The position numbers were made by a program, and so were the translations under genes. Below, in pieces: positions 33,518 to 44,125 of a stretch of DNA of 64,000 nucleotides. The DNA is taken from the NCBI GenBank assembly GCA_963729605.1, contig CAVSNY010000007.1, positions 1,216,001 through 1,280,000 on the forward strand. The letters run 5' to 3'. Under the pieces are notes generated by a model. That model was given only the letters and a program-made list of their open reading frames with translations. It was not told the DNA's origin and did no database searches. Source of the DNA: an uncultured Gammaproteobacteria bacterium (GTDB taxonomy: Bacteria > Pseudomonadota > Gammaproteobacteria > DRLM01). The stretch's first letter is position 1; each line of letters opens with the position of its first letter.

Positions 33518-33644
33518 GGGCGTATAGTAGCGCAAACCTGGGTCCGCAACAGGCCGCCCGAGGGGCGAGGTTTACCGGTGGGGCGGGAGCTCCTATAATG
33601 GCAGGCTATTTATTCCTCAATTACTTAATAGATGGACGACCCCT

Positions 33645-35108
33645 ATGCTGCGAGTAGTCGAAGAAGCCCTCACCTTTGATGACGTGCTCCTGGTGCCCGC
33701 CCATTCCGTAGTGCTGCCCAGGGAAGTGGGGCTTCAGACTCAACTGACCCGCGAGATCACCCTCAATATCCCGCTGGTGTCCTCCGCCATGGACACGGTG
33801 ACCGAGGCCCGCCTCGCCATCGCCCTGGCCCAGGAGGGCGGCATCGGCATCGTGCATAAGAACATGTCCGCCGGCGAACAGGCCGAGCAGGTCCGCCGGG
33901 TGAAGAAATACGAGGCGGGGGTCATCAAGGAGCCCATCACCGTGACGCCGGACACCACCATCCGCCGGGTGCTGGAGCTGACCCGCAAGCACAATATCTC
34001 CGGGGTGCCGGTGGTGCAGGGCGAAGAGCTGGTGGGCATCGTCACCAATCGCGATCTGCGCTTCGAAACCCGTTACGACAACGCGGTGGCGGCGGTGATG
34101 ACACCCAAGGATCGCTTGGTGACGGTGAAAGAGGGCGCCAGCCGCGACGAGATCAAACGCCTGCTGCATCAGCACCGCATCGAAAAACTGCTGGTAGTGA
34201 ACGACAAGTTTCAATTGCGCGGCATGGTGACGGTCAAAGACATTCAAAAATCCCGCGAGAAACCCAACGCCTGCAAAGACGATTACGAACGCCTGCGGGT
34301 CGGCGCGGCGGTGGGCACCGGCGAAGGCACCGACGACCGGGTGGCGGCGCTGGTGGCCGCCGAAGTGGACGTGATCGTGGTCGATACCGCCCACGGCCAC
34401 TCGCAAGGCGTGCTCAACCGGGTGCGCTGGATCAAGCAGAATTTCCCCGAGGTGCAGTTGATCGGCGGCAACGTCGCCACCACCGAAGGCGCGCTGGCGC
34501 TGGTGGAAGCGGGGGTGGACGCGGTGAAGGTGGGCATCGGTCCCGGTTCGATTTGCACCACCCGCATCGTCAGCGGGGTGGGCGTGCCGCAGATCACCGC
34601 CATCGCCAACGCCTGCAACGCGCTTAAAGGCATGGGTATCCCGGTCATCGCCGACGGCGGCGTGCGTTTCTCCGGCGATCTCGCCAAGGCTCTCGTCGCC
34701 GGCGCTCACTGCGTAATGGTCGGCAGCATGTTCGCCGGCACCGAAGAATCTCCCGGCGAAGTGGAATTGTTTCAAGGCCGTTCGTACAAATCTTATCGCG
34801 GCATGGGCTCTCTCGGCGCCATGCAGCGCGGTTCCAGCGATCGTTATTTCCAGGAAGGCGAATTGGAAGTGGAGAAGTTGGTGCCCGAAGGTGTGGAAGG
34901 CCGCGTGCCCTACAAGGGCAGCATGGTCGCCATCGTCCATCAACTGATGGGCGGCCTGCGCGCCAGCATGGGCTACACCGGCTGCAAGGACATCGAGGAA
35001 ATGCGCACCAAACCGATGTTCGTGCGGGTGACCAGCGCGGGCATGCGCGAGAGTCATGTGCACGATGTCACCATCACCCGCGAAGCGCCGAATTACCGGA
35101 TTGATTAA
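33645..35108 (+). CDS. guaB: IMP dehydrogenase
   Basis: [11 protein letters not shown] pair, [17 protein letters not shown]. Confidence 0.98.
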   Translation: MLRVVEEALTFDDVLLVPAHSVVLPREVGLQTQLTREITLNIPLVSSAMDTVTEARLAIALAQEGGIGIVHKNMSAGEQAEQVRRVKKYEAGVIKEPITVTPDTTIRRVLELTRKHNISGVPVVQGEELVGIVTNRDLRFETRYDNAVAAVMTPKDRLVTVKEGASRDEIKRLLHQHRIEKLLVVNDKFQLRGMVTVKDIQKSREKPNACKDDYERLRVGAAVGTGEGTDDRVAALVAAEVDVIVVDTAHGHSQGVLNRVRWIKQNFPEVQLIGGNVATTEGALALVEAGVDAVKVGIGPGSICTTRIVSGVGVPQITAIANACNALKGMGIPVIADGGVRFSGDLAKALVAGAHCVMVGSMFAGTEESPGEVELFQGRSYKSYRGMGSLGAMQRGSSDRYFQEGELEVEKLVPEGVEGRVPYKGSMVAIVHQLMGGLRASMGYTGCKDIEEMRTKPMFVRVTSAGMRESHVHDVTITREAPNYRID

Positions 35109-35114
35109 ATTCTA

Positions 35115-35207
35115 AATGTAGGGTGGGTTAGGCGCGCAGCGCCGTAACCCGCCATCTTGGTTTCGGTGGGTTACGGCGCGCAAAGCGCGCCTAACCCACC
35201 CTACATT
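35115..35207. repeat. REPIN: inverted pair of GTAG-type REP elements
   Basis: AATGTAGGGTGGGTTAGGCGCG...CGCGCCTAACCCACCCTACATT with inner arms GCCGTAACCC/GGGTTACGGC. Confidence 0.85.
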
Positions 35208-35217
35208 GATAGTGAAT

Positions 35218-36792
35218 ATGACTGACATTCATCACCATCGCGTTCTCATCCTCGACTTCGGTTCCCAATACACTCAACTCATCGCGCGGCGCGTGCGTGA
35301 AGCCGGCGTGTATTGCGAGTTGCATCCTTTCGACATGGACGAGGCCGCGCTGCGCGCCTTCAAGCCCAACGGCATCATTCTTTCCGGCGGACCGGAATCT
35401 GTGACCTTGACCGAGACACCGCGCGCGCCGCAGTGCGTGTTCGATCTCGGCGTGCCGGTGCTCGGCATCTGCTACGGCATGCAGACCATGGCGCTGCAAC
35501 TGGGCGGCGCGGTCGAATCGTCGGCGCATCGTGAATTCGGTTACGCCCAAGTGCGCGCGCGCGGCCATTCGCGGCTGCTGCGCGACATCGAGGACCACAC
35601 CACGCCGGAAGGCTACGGCCTGCTCGATGTGTGGATGAGTCACGGCGATCGCGTCACCGCCTTGCCGGCGGGTTTCAAGATGATCGCCAGCACCGAGGGC
35701 GCGCCGCTCGCGGGCATGGCCGACGAGGACCGCCATTTCTACGGCTTGCAATTCCATCCCGAAGTGACGCACACCCGCCAGGGCGAACGCATCATCAACC
35801 GCTTCGTGCACGAGATCTGCGGCTGTGCCAGCGCGTGGACCGCAAGCAACATCATCGACGAGAGCATCGAAAAAATCCGCGCGCAAGTCGGTAAGGATGA
35901 CGTGTTGCTGGGTCTCTCCGGCGGCGTCGATTCCTCGGTGGTCGCGGCGTTATTGCATCGCGCCATCGGCGACCAGCTCACCTGCGTGTTCGTCGACAAC
36001 GGCCTGCTGCGTTTGAACGAAGGCGACCAGGTGATGGCGACCTTCGCCAAACACATGGGCATCCGCGTGATCCGCGTCAATGCCGAGGAGCGCTTCATGA
36101 CGGCGCTGCAAGGCGTCGCCGATCCGGAGCGGAAGCGCAAGATCATCGGCAATCAATTCGTCGAGGTGTTCGAGGAAGAGGCGGCCAAGCTGAAAAATGC
36201 GCGCTGGCTGGCGCAGGGCACGATCTATCCCGACGTCATCGAATCCGCCGGCGCCAAGAGCGGCAAGGCGCACGTGATCAAGACTCACCACAACGTCGGC
36301 GGCCTGCCGGCCGCGATGCGCATGCAACTCGTCGAGCCGCTGCGCGAGTTGTTCAAGGATGAAGTGCGCAAGATCGGCGTCGAACTCGGCCTGCCGTTCG
36401 ACATGGTTTATCGTCACCCGTTTCCGGGCCCCGGCCTCGGCGTGCGCATCCTCGGCGAAGTGAAAAAAGAATACGCCGATTTATTGCGCCGCGCCGACGC
36501 GATCTTCATCGAAGAGCTGCATAAGCAAGGATGGTATGACAAAGTCAGCCAGGCCTTCACCGTGTTTCTGCCGGTGCGCTCGGTGGGCGTGATGGGCGAC
36601 GGTCGCCGTTACGATTACGTGGTGTCGCTGCGCGCGGTGCAGACCGTGGATTTCATGACCGCGCATTGGGCGCCGCTGCCTTACGAGTTGCTGGGCACGG
36701 TGTCGAACCGCATCATCAACGAAGTGGCCGGCATCTCGCGGGTGGTGTACGACATCTCGGGTAAACCGCCGGCGACGATCGAGTGGGAGTGA
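35218..36792 (+). CDS. guaA: GMP synthase (glutamine-hydrolysing)
   Basis: [36 protein letters not shown]. Confidence 0.98.
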   Translation: MTDIHHHRVLILDFGSQYTQLIARRVREAGVYCELHPFDMDEAALRAFKPNGIILSGGPESVTLTETPRAPQCVFDLGVPVLGICYGMQTMALQLGGAVESSAHREFGYAQVRARGHSRLLRDIEDHTTPEGYGLLDVWMSHGDRVTALPAGFKMIASTEGAPLAGMADEDRHFYGLQFHPEVTHTRQGERIINRFVHEICGCASAWTASNIIDESIEKIRAQVGKDDVLLGLSGGVDSSVVAALLHRAIGDQLTCVFVDNGLLRLNEGDQVMATFAKHMGIRVIRVNAEERFMTALQGVADPERKRKIIGNQFVEVFEEEAAKLKNARWLAQGTIYPDVIESAGAKSGKAHVIKTHHNVGGLPAAMRMQLVEPLRELFKDEVRKIGVELGLPFDMVYRHPFPGPGLGVRILGEVKKEYADLLRRADAIFIEELHKQGWYDKVSQAFTVFLPVRSVGVMGDGRRYDYVVSLRAVQTVDFMTAHWAPLPYELLGTVSNRIINEVAGISRVVYDISGKPPATIEWE

Positions 36793-36794
36793 CC
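36775..36794 (+). repeat. att core at the guaA 3' end
   Basis: ACGATCGAGTGGGAGTGACC; recurs at 50045-50064 (19/20 match) and partly at 38013-38025. Confidence 0.85.
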
Positions 36795-36972
36795 TGAATT
36801 GGTAACGCATTGAAATATAGAAACTAAAAAATAGAATTGATCATGTAGCCTGCATCATCAATGGTATTTATTGCGTGTAGCAAGGCAGATTACATCGAGA
36901 CCATGAGATGAAAATTGAATCTGGCATGGTATCAGACGCGCTGAGCTCTACTAGTTTGAGCAAGGCCTCAGC

Positions 36973-37950
36973 ATGACACTGGCCTTTATCGCTGTAATTT
37001 TTGGATTGGTGCTGCTCGTCTGGAGTGCCGGCCGTTTTGTGGAGGGCTCGGCCTCCACCGCCCGCCATTTCGGTATGCCGCCGCTGTTGATCGGCATGGT
37101 TATCGTCGGGTTCGGCACCTCCGCGCCGGAGATGGCGGTGTCGGCTTTGGCCGCATCGCAGGGCAACCCGGGCATCGCGCTGGGTAACGCCTACGGTTCG
37201 AATATCATCAACATCGCCCTGATCCTGGGAGTGACAGCATTGATCAGTCCCATCGCCGTCCATTCGCAGGTGCTGCGCAAGGAGCTGCCCATCCTCACGG
37301 TGGTGACCGCGCTGGCGGCCTGGCAACTCTGGGATGGCGAGATCACCCGTGTCGATGCCGTAGTGCTGCTGGTTGTTTTTGGGGGGCTGATGGCCTGGAC
37401 CATCCGGCAGGGGCTGCGGGGAAAAGCCGATGTACTGAGAAGCGAGATGGAGCAGGAACTGGATGTCCGCGCCATACCCATCAATCGCGCGGTCTTCTGG
37501 CTGGTGGTAGGGCTGGCGCTTTTGATTGTCAGTTCCCGCATCCTGGTCTGGGGCGCGGTGGAGATCGCTCGTGGGTTCGGCGTCAGCGACCTGATCATCG
37601 GCCTGACCATCGTTGCGGTCGGCACCTCGCTGCCGGAACTGGCCTCTTCCATCATCGCGACGCGCAAGGGGGAACATGACATCGCCCTTGGCAACGTGCT
37701 GGGTTCGAATCTGTTCAACACTCTGGCGGTGGTGGGTATCGCCGGAGTGATTCACCCGATGGCGGTCGGACCGGAAGTCTTCAACCGCGACATGTTGGTC
37801 ATGGCCGCGCTGACTTTATCGCTTTTCGTTATCGGCTATGGGTTTCGGGGAGCGGGACGTATCAACCGTTTCGAGGGCGCAGTTCTGCTGGCCTGTTACC
37901 TGGGCTATACGGCCTACCTGGCCAGCACGGTGTTCGGCCAGTCCGCATGA
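36973..37950 (+). CDS. calcium/sodium antiporter (CaCA, YrbG-like)
   Basis: Alpha repeats GTSAPE..GNAYGSNIIN and GTSLPE..GNVLGSNLFN. Confidence 0.93.
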   Translation: MTLAFIAVIFGLVLLVWSAGRFVEGSASTARHFGMPPLLIGMVIVGFGTSAPEMAVSALAASQGNPGIALGNAYGSNIINIALILGVTALISPIAVHSQVLRKELPILTVVTALAAWQLWDGEITRVDAVVLLVVFGGLMAWTIRQGLRGKADVLRSEMEQELDVRAIPINRAVFWLVVGLALLIVSSRILVWGAVEIARGFGVSDLIIGLTIVAVGTSLPELASSIIATRKGEHDIALGNVLGSNLFNTLAVVGIAGVIHPMAVGPEVFNRDMLVMAALTLSLFVIGYGFRGAGRINRFEGAVLLACYLGYTAYLASTVFGQSA

Positions 37951-38012
37951 GGGTGATGATCGCCGCATAAACTTAAGGATAAACGGTGAACAAGTTTCAA
38001 TTCCTTTTGATA

Positions 38013-38025
38013 ATCGAGTGGGAGT
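38013..38025 (+). repeat. partial att copy of the guaA 3' end
   Basis: ATCGAGTGGGAGT, identical to 36778-36790. Confidence 0.7.
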
Positions 38026-38266
38026 AGGGTGGGGTATAAATTATTGTTCGTTAACAGGGTGTGTGCTCGTTGAATATATGAATCACATGATCAACGAGTC
38101 GGCAAGCCTTGGATATCAATAGTTCTCGGCTGAACTTGGGTCAGGTGAGTCTTATTTCGGTATTTTTAGGTGGCGGGAGCTGCTTGGTTGGACCTGCGCC
38201 CACCTGCTGGATTCCCGCTGGTGGGCGCGGTTGGCCTTCCCTTCTTCAGAGTCGAAGCGGCATCCG

Positions 38267-39238
38267 CTACTCAGTTAACTTTATCGGGGAGGCAAAGCCA
38301 AGGGGTTTGACAGCGAGCACGGAACATTGCAATTGTTCGAGGATGGTTTCTGCGGTATTGCCGATGAACAATCCAGCGATGCCTGTTCGGGCGACTGTCC
38401 CCATCACCACCAGATCGGCCTGCAGCTGTTTCGCTACTTCCGGTATGACCGTGGAGGCCGCTCCGCGGCGCAAATGGAACTGAGGCGAAAGATGATCGTA
38501 GGCCTCTTTGCCTATTTGGTCTCTTAGCTGATCGCGAAGGCGGTTGAAGGCGCTTTCATGACGGGAACGTTCACCTTCCACATAGGCCATGCTGGCTTCG
38601 ACCGGATTGTCGGCCCATGACCGCACCGTCATTTCGGCTGGGGCATCCCAGACGTGAACCAAGTGCAATGAAGCAAAGTCTGACAACGCGAGCGAACTGG
38701 CAAGCTCAAGAATCAGTTGGTTGAGACTCTGGTTTATTGTGTCGGACAGATTGTCCAGGTTGAAGTCAACGGCCAGCAGTATGCACCCATAATTCGACTT
38801 GTCATCAGGCCGCGTCAGCCATACCGGACAGGGGCACTTGCGCAGCAAATGCATATCATTGCTGCCAAACAACCGTTCGACGAAGCTAGGATTTTCGGCA
38901 GGCTTGATCAGCAAATCATGCTTATTGCGCAGCACGGCGCGAATGGCTTCGAGGAATATCCGGCCGGTATGTACCTCAATACGGATATTGCAACGTTGTT
39001 GGAAGGGCGCGACAAGGGACTTGAGTTCCTCGCGACGCTGAGTCGTCAAAAAATCCTGCAACTTGGCCGAGGAAGGTCCGCTGGAAAGCAAGGCGGGGTC
39101 TGGTGGAATAACCGGCACAACATCGATGACCGTCAGCTCTGCCTGATTGTTTTCCGCCAGCGACACTGCCCGCGCCACTGCTGGTCCTTGCGCAATGGAT
39201 GCTTGCGCGACGTAAAGAATGTTTTTGAACTGCTTCAT
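38267..39238 (-). CDS. tandem universal stress protein (UspE-like)
   Basis: MKQFKNIL, DMHLLRKCPCPVW, VVMGTVARTGIAGLFIGNTAE. Confidence 0.92.
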   Translation of the reverse strand: MKQFKNILYVAQASIAQGPAVARAVSLAENNQAELTVIDVVPVIPPDPALLSSGPSSAKLQDFLTTQRREELKSLVAPFQQRCNIRIEVHTGRIFLEAIRAVLRNKHDLLIKPAENPSFVERLFGSNDMHLLRKCPCPVWLTRPDDKSNYGCILLAVDFNLDNLSDTINQSLNQLILELASSLALSDFASLHLVHVWDAPAEMTVRSWADNPVEASMAYVEGERSRHESAFNRLRDQLRDQIGKEAYDHLSPQFHLRRGAASTVIPEVAKQLQADLVVMGTVARTGIAGLFIGNTAETILEQLQCSVLAVKPLGFASPIKLTE

Positions 39239-39276
39239 GACATGCACCTCCATCTGTGTGCGGACCAACTCGTCCG

Positions 39277-40998
39277 TCAATGGCCAACTTTTTCCTGTTT
39301 GTCCGGTTCATTTTCCAGCACGGGCTTGTAGCCCCAATCCCTGACGCCCTGGATCACCTGATCGATATCGGCAGACGGTACCTGAAGTATCTGCAGCGCC
39401 GTTGCGCCCAGGCGCAAGCTCGCTTCAATGGTTTCCGGATAGGCGTGAACCGCGCCGGCTTGAAGCAGCTGTGCGCTCGTTTCGAGATCCCGTGCCCGCG
39501 CGACGACCGGCACCTGCGGACATGTCCTGCGCAAATAGGAAAGCGCACGCAATGCCGTGGTGGAACCGTCGGCGGTAATGACGATCAGCGAGGCGCGCTC
39601 TACATGAATGGCTGCCAGCAATCCCGGATCGGAGATGTCACCGTAATATACAGGGTGACCATCCGCTCTTCCCTGTGCGACCTGTTTCGGATCGGTGTCA
39701 AAGGCCACGAACGGAATACCGCTTGAATGCAATAGTACAGCGATGGTGTGGCCGACGCGGCCATAACCGCCGATCACGACCTGTTGTACCGGCGTTTCCA
39801 GTAACTCGGGACTGTCGGGCGTCTCAACGCGCGGGGCACTGACCAGCCGGGACACAATGGCACCATTAAAGCGGATCAGAACGGCACCAGCTATCATCGA
39901 GAGCAGCACCGAGGTTATCGCAATCTGACCCAGCTGCACTTCGATTACGTTGGAATCCAACGCGATGGCAATGAGGGCAAGGCCGAATTCACCACCCACG
40001 CTCAACAACAAGCCGGTACGCCACGCGACTTGGGCATCAACCCCGGTCCTGCGCACCATCGCGGCGACGATCAGCGTCTTGCTTGCCAGAATGAGTAGCG
40101 CGCCGAGCAGGGTCCAGTGCCATATTGGTGGTATCGCGGTTGGATCGAAACGCATGCCGATGCCGATAAAGAACAAACCAAGCAGTACATCACGGAAGGG
40201 GCGTATGCTCGATTCCACCTGGTGACGGAACTCCGTTTCTCCCAGCATCATCCCGGCAAGAAATCCCCCGAAAGCTAGCGACAAGCCGAGACTGTTTGTG
40301 GCCCACGCTGCGAGCAAGGCGATCAGCAGCACGGCCAGCGTGAACATTTCGAGGGATCGGCGCTCGGAAACAAGATGAAATAGCGGGCGCAGCAGCCAGC
40401 GCCCGGCGATGAACACCAGTGCGAACGCGAGAGCAGCTTTCGCAAGCGCCCACCCCAGAGTGCCGGCCAGTACGTCCGCAGCGACCGACGTTCCCAGCAC
40501 GGGTATGATCACCAGAAAAGGGACGGCGGTGACGTCCTGGAAAACAGACATCGCGAGTCCGAGGCGGCCGTGCTGGGTGTTCTCCTCACCCCGTTCGTTC
40601 AGGATGCTCGCGATAATGGTGGTCGACGACTGGGCAAACACGGCGCCGAATACGAACGCGACTGCGACAGGAAGCCCCGCGAGCCACACGATGCTGCCAA
40701 CGAAGAAGGTTGTGAACACGACCTGCCCGGTTCCCAGTCCAAAAACCTGGTGCCGTAACGCTTGCAATTGCGGCAGGGAGAAATTAAGCCCAATCGTAAA
40801 CAGCAAAAAGACTACGCCGAATTCGGCGAGCGTTTGAAACTCGGGTATCGACACCGTTGGACCCAGCGTATGTGGCCCGACAATCACGCCCACGAGTAAA
40901 TACCCCAGACTGGTCGGGACATGTAGCCGCTGAAATGTAACCACCACGGCTATCGCCAGGGCCAGAAGTAAGAGGATTTGTGCGAGATGCTCCATCAT
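39277..40998 (-). CDS. CPA2 cation:proton antiporter with KTN domain (KefB/YbaL-like)
   Basis: AEFGVVFLLFTIGL, QDVTAVP, PFRDVLLGLFF, GYGRVG, YGDISDP. Confidence 0.92.
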   Translation of the reverse strand: MMEHLAQILLLLALAIAVVVTFQRLHVPTSLGYLLVGVIVGPHTLGPTVSIPEFQTLAEFGVVFLLFTIGLNFSLPQLQALRHQVFGLGTGQVVFTTFFVGSIVWLAGLPVAVAFVFGAVFAQSSTTIIASILNERGEENTQHGRLGLAMSVFQDVTAVPFLVIIPVLGTSVAADVLAGTLGWALAKAALAFALVFIAGRWLLRPLFHLVSERRSLEMFTLAVLLIALLAAWATNSLGLSLAFGGFLAGMMLGETEFRHQVESSIRPFRDVLLGLFFIGIGMRFDPTAIPPIWHWTLLGALLILASKTLIVAAMVRRTGVDAQVAWRTGLLLSVGGEFGLALIAIALDSNVIEVQLGQIAITSVLLSMIAGAVLIRFNGAIVSRLVSAPRVETPDSPELLETPVQQVVIGGYGRVGHTIAVLLHSSGIPFVAFDTDPKQVAQGRADGHPVYYGDISDPGLLAAIHVERASLIVITADGSTTALRALSYLRRTCPQVPVVARARDLETSAQLLQAGAVHAYPETIEASLRLGATALQILQVPSADIDQVIQGVRDWGYKPVLENEPDKQEKVGH

Positions 40999-41084
40999 GG
41001 TTTTTCACGCTGCAGAAGGCTAAGACCCAAAGTTTACCGTTACGTAAAATTGTCTGTTGCGTCTCTTGAACGCAGTGACCCCCA

Positions 41085-41335
41085 CTACCGCTTCGCTATC
41101 CGTCGGCACTGTGTGGTGACCACCTTTTCGATGCGTTGCAGCGCTGGATAGGCGCCGTGACGCGCCTCGAATTCTTCCCGCTCCGGGCCAATTCTCTCCT
41201 GCAGTGCGTCTGGCGGTCTCACGTACCAAGTTATCCAGGAATTGCGGCCGCACATCACATTGTTTGGCGAGCGCTTCCCAGTGCGCGGGGGTGATCACAT
41301 AGGGATTGCGTTCGCCGCCGATATCGAAGGCGAGA
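41085..41335 (-). pseudogene. C-terminal remnant of a HipA-like toxin gene
   Basis: LAFDIGGERNP..ITPAHWEALAKQCDVRP; frameshifted and truncated at the IS remnant. Confidence 0.55.
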
Positions 41336-41906
41336 AGCGGCTGTCTCTGACGCCGAATGGCAACATCCGCTACCAGCTCAAGACGCCGTACCGGGACGGT
41401 ACCACATATGTGATCTTCGAGCCGCCGGATTTCATCGCCCGCCTCGCCGCACTGGTGCCAAAACCCAAGGTCAACCTGATCCGGTTTCACGGTGTATTCG
41501 CGCCCAACGGCAAGTACCGGGCGCTGGTGACTCCGTCAAAGCGGGGCAGGGGCAACCAGGCCAGGGGTGCCGATGAACCGCCAACACCCGCACAACGGCG
41601 AGTGTCGATGACCTGGGCACAGCGGCTTAAGCGTATTCAACATCGATATCGAAACCTGCCGCGAATGCGGCGGTGCCGTGAAAGTCATTGCCTGCATCGA
41701 AGACCCGGTGGTGATCCAGAAGATACTCAATCACCCGGCTGACGGTTTGGTTTGAGAGGGGCACAGGGCCGTGATCCGGCCGATTTAGCCAACTAAGCCA
41801 CCGCATCAGATGAGATTGACTGGCCGCGAAATGGCCGGGTTGGTTCGGGGTGGGCGGGGTGGGCGGGGTGGTTTTTCAGTGAAAAGGGGGTTTATACTTT
41901 CTATAC
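41333..41906 (+). mobile_element. 3' remnant of an IS91/ISCR transposase with an oriIS-like end
   Basis: YQLKTPYRDGTT, RLAALVPKPKVNLIRFHGVFAPN, MTWAQRLKR, frameshifted CRECGG; GGTTTATACTTTCTATAC at 41889-41906 resembles ISCR oriIS. Confidence 0.88.
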
Positions 41907-41939
41907 TTTTGACCTTATGGTGCTTTCGAGGAGCAGGTC

Positions 41940-43085
41940 ATGGATCTGGCCGTCAAAGACTACGCCGCGGAGCTGCGCAATACGCGCGCCTCTCCTTGCC
42001 TGTCGCTTTATCAGCCGACTCACCGGCATTTCCCGGACAACCGGCAGGATCCCATTCGTTTCCGCAATCTCGTCAAGCAGCTCAGGACCTCGTTGCAGGA
42101 GCAGTTCCCCAAACAAGAAGCCGAACCGCTGCTGGAGCAGTTCGATGCCTTGGCCGAGGATCAGAAATTCTGGAACTGCACCTGGGACGGTCTGGCGGTG
42201 CTGGGAGCGCGGGAGTTTTTTCAGGTATACAAGCTCCAGCGCCCGGTGCCCGAACGGGCGGTCGTGGCGCACAGCTTTCATACCAAGCCTTTGCTGCGCA
42301 TCTGGCAATCCGCCGATCGCTACCAGGTCCTTGCGCTGAGCAGAAGCGAAGTCAAGCTCTTTGAAGGCAATCGCGATGCGCTGGATGCGGTGGAGCTCGC
42401 GCCGGGCGTTCCTCGCACGCTGGAGGACGCCCTGGGCGAGGAGGTGACGGAACCTTATCTCTCCTTCTCCTCGCATCGTGGCGGCGCGGGCGGGAAAATC
42501 TTCCACGGCCACGGCTCGAAAAAAGATGAAGTGGACCTGGACGTAGAACGATTCTTTCGCGCCGTCGATCGCGCCATCCTGGAACATCATTCGCGGCCTT
42601 CGGGCCTGCCCCTCATCCTGGCGGCCTTGCCGGAACACCACGGTCTTTTTCGTCAGATCACGCACAATCCTTTTCTCCTCGCGCAGACCATCGACGTCCA
42701 TCCCGACGCCATGTCGAACGACGCTTTGCGCGAGCGGGCATGGCGCGCCGTCGAGCCCTATTACCTTGCGCGCCTGGGCAGGCTGGTGGATGAGTTCCAG
42801 GAGGCGCGCTCCAAGGGACTGGGCAGCGAGGATTTGACGCAGATCGCCGATGCAGCGGCGACGGGGCGCCTGCGAACGCTGCTCATCGATGCCGACCGGG
42901 TGATCCCCGGCACGATAGACCCCGCCACCGGAGATTTGGAAATGCGCGACATGAGTCACCCGGAGGTGGACGACGTGCTGGACGATCTGGGCGAAATGGC
43001 GCTGGGCAAGGGCGGCGACGTGGTCATCGTGCCCGCCGCGCGCATGCCGACGCAATCGGGGGCCGCGGCGATCTACCGCTATTGA
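41940..43085 (+). CDS. baeRF3-family (aeRF1/pelota-like) protein
   Basis: PCLSLYQPTHR, FHTKPLL, FHGHG loop, GR..TLL, DDVLDDLGE..L.KGGDV, AAIYRY C-terminus. Confidence 0.85.
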   Translation: MDLAVKDYAAELRNTRASPCLSLYQPTHRHFPDNRQDPIRFRNLVKQLRTSLQEQFPKQEAEPLLEQFDALAEDQKFWNCTWDGLAVLGAREFFQVYKLQRPVPERAVVAHSFHTKPLLRIWQSADRYQVLALSRSEVKLFEGNRDALDAVELAPGVPRTLEDALGEEVTEPYLSFSSHRGGAGGKIFHGHGSKKDEVDLDVERFFRAVDRAILEHHSRPSGLPLILAALPEHHGLFRQITHNPFLLAQTIDVHPDAMSNDALRERAWRAVEPYYLARLGRLVDEFQEARSKGLGSEDLTQIADAAATGRLRTLLIDADRVIPGTIDPATGDLEMRDMSHPEVDDVLDDLGEMALGKGGDVVIVPAARMPTQSGAAAIYRY

Positions 43086-43178
43086 GCAATGAAAGTATCG
43101 GACGCGCGGGATGCGACGCACTTTCGCACGCGCAAAGAGTCTGAACACCAGAGCGCAACTTACAAGGGAGTATTGGAA

Positions 43179-43493
43179 ATGCTCGTTCAGATGAACACGG
43201 ACAAGCACGTGGAGGGCCGCGACGCCCTGGCGCGGGAAGTCGAGGCCAAGGTCATGGACGCGCTGGAGCGCTTCGGCGAGCGAATCACGCGGGTGGAGGT
43301 TTATTTCAGCGACGTGAACAGCGACAAGGGCGGCAGCGACGACAAGCGCTGCGTCTTGGAAGCGCGGCCCAAAGGGCTGGACCCCATCGCCGCCACGCAT
43401 CAGGCGCCGACACTGGAGCTGGCCTTGAACGGCGCGACCGCAAAACTCAAGCGTGCGCTGGACAGCACCTTCGGCAAGCTCAGTGAGCACTGA
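43179..43493 (+). CDS. HPF/RaiA-family ribosome-associated protein
   Basis: MLVQMNTDKHVEG, RITRVEVYFSD.N..KGG.DDKRC.LEARP.G. Confidence 0.85.
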   Translation: MLVQMNTDKHVEGRDALAREVEAKVMDALERFGERITRVEVYFSDVNSDKGGSDDKRCVLEARPKGLDPIAATHQAPTLELALNGATAKLKRALDSTFGKLSEH

Positions 43494-43614
43494 GGCGCGA
43501 CCGCCCCTCAGGGCCAGACCAGATGATATACGGCAAGTCCCGAGGTGAACGCCGTCGCGAGGAACAGGAGAAGTGGGTGATGCGGCGCGGGCGGGTCAAT
43601 CACGGAGGACGGCA

Positions 43615-44124
43615 ATGAGTTTCCGATTGGATCGGCATATGGCCGCGGCCTTGGTTTTGCGCATCGCCCTGTTCGCTGCGTTGTGGTGGATAGTCACGGA
43701 AGGGGCGGCGGGCGCGTGGGTGCTGGGTGCGCCGGCGGTGTTGCTGGCGGCTGCCGTCAGCATCGCGCTGCTGCCTCCCACTTCTCTGGTTTGGTCCGAA
43801 CTGTTGCGCTTCGTGCCCTTTTTTCTTGCGCACTCGCTGCAGGGCGGCATCGACGTGGCCCGGCGCGCCCTGCATCCCGCCCTGCCCATCGCCCCGGGGT
43901 TTGTGGACTATCCGCTGCGGTTGCCGCCGGGACTGCCGCGGGTGATCATGATCAACACCATGGTTTTGTTGCCGGGTACCCTGAGTGTTGAGGTCGTGGA
44001 AAATCGTTTGACCGTGCATGTGCTCGATGAGCGGAAGGACTACCTGGCCGAGTTCGAAACGGTGGAAAGCCGTGTGGCGCGCCTGTTCGCCATTCTGCTG
44101 CCGATTGCCGAAGGAGGTAACTGA
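43615..44124 (+). CDS. mrpE: Mrp/Mnh Na+/H+ antiporter subunit E
   Basis: GGIDVARRAL.P, LLPGTLSVEV, LTVHVLD. Confidence 0.85.
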   Translation: MSFRLDRHMAAALVLRIALFAALWWIVTEGAAGAWVLGAPAVLLAAAVSIALLPPTSLVWSELLRFVPFFLAHSLQGGIDVARRALHPALPIAPGFVDYPLRLPPGLPRVIMINTMVLLPGTLSVEVVENRLTVHVLDERKDYLAEFETVESRVARLFAILLPIAEGGN

Positions 44125-44125
44125 G

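Noticed and set aside
35115-35207. Possible CRISPR array or tRNA
   Set aside because: A single inverted pair with no spacers or cloverleaf; no CRISPR array, tRNA or rRNA was recognised anywhere in the window
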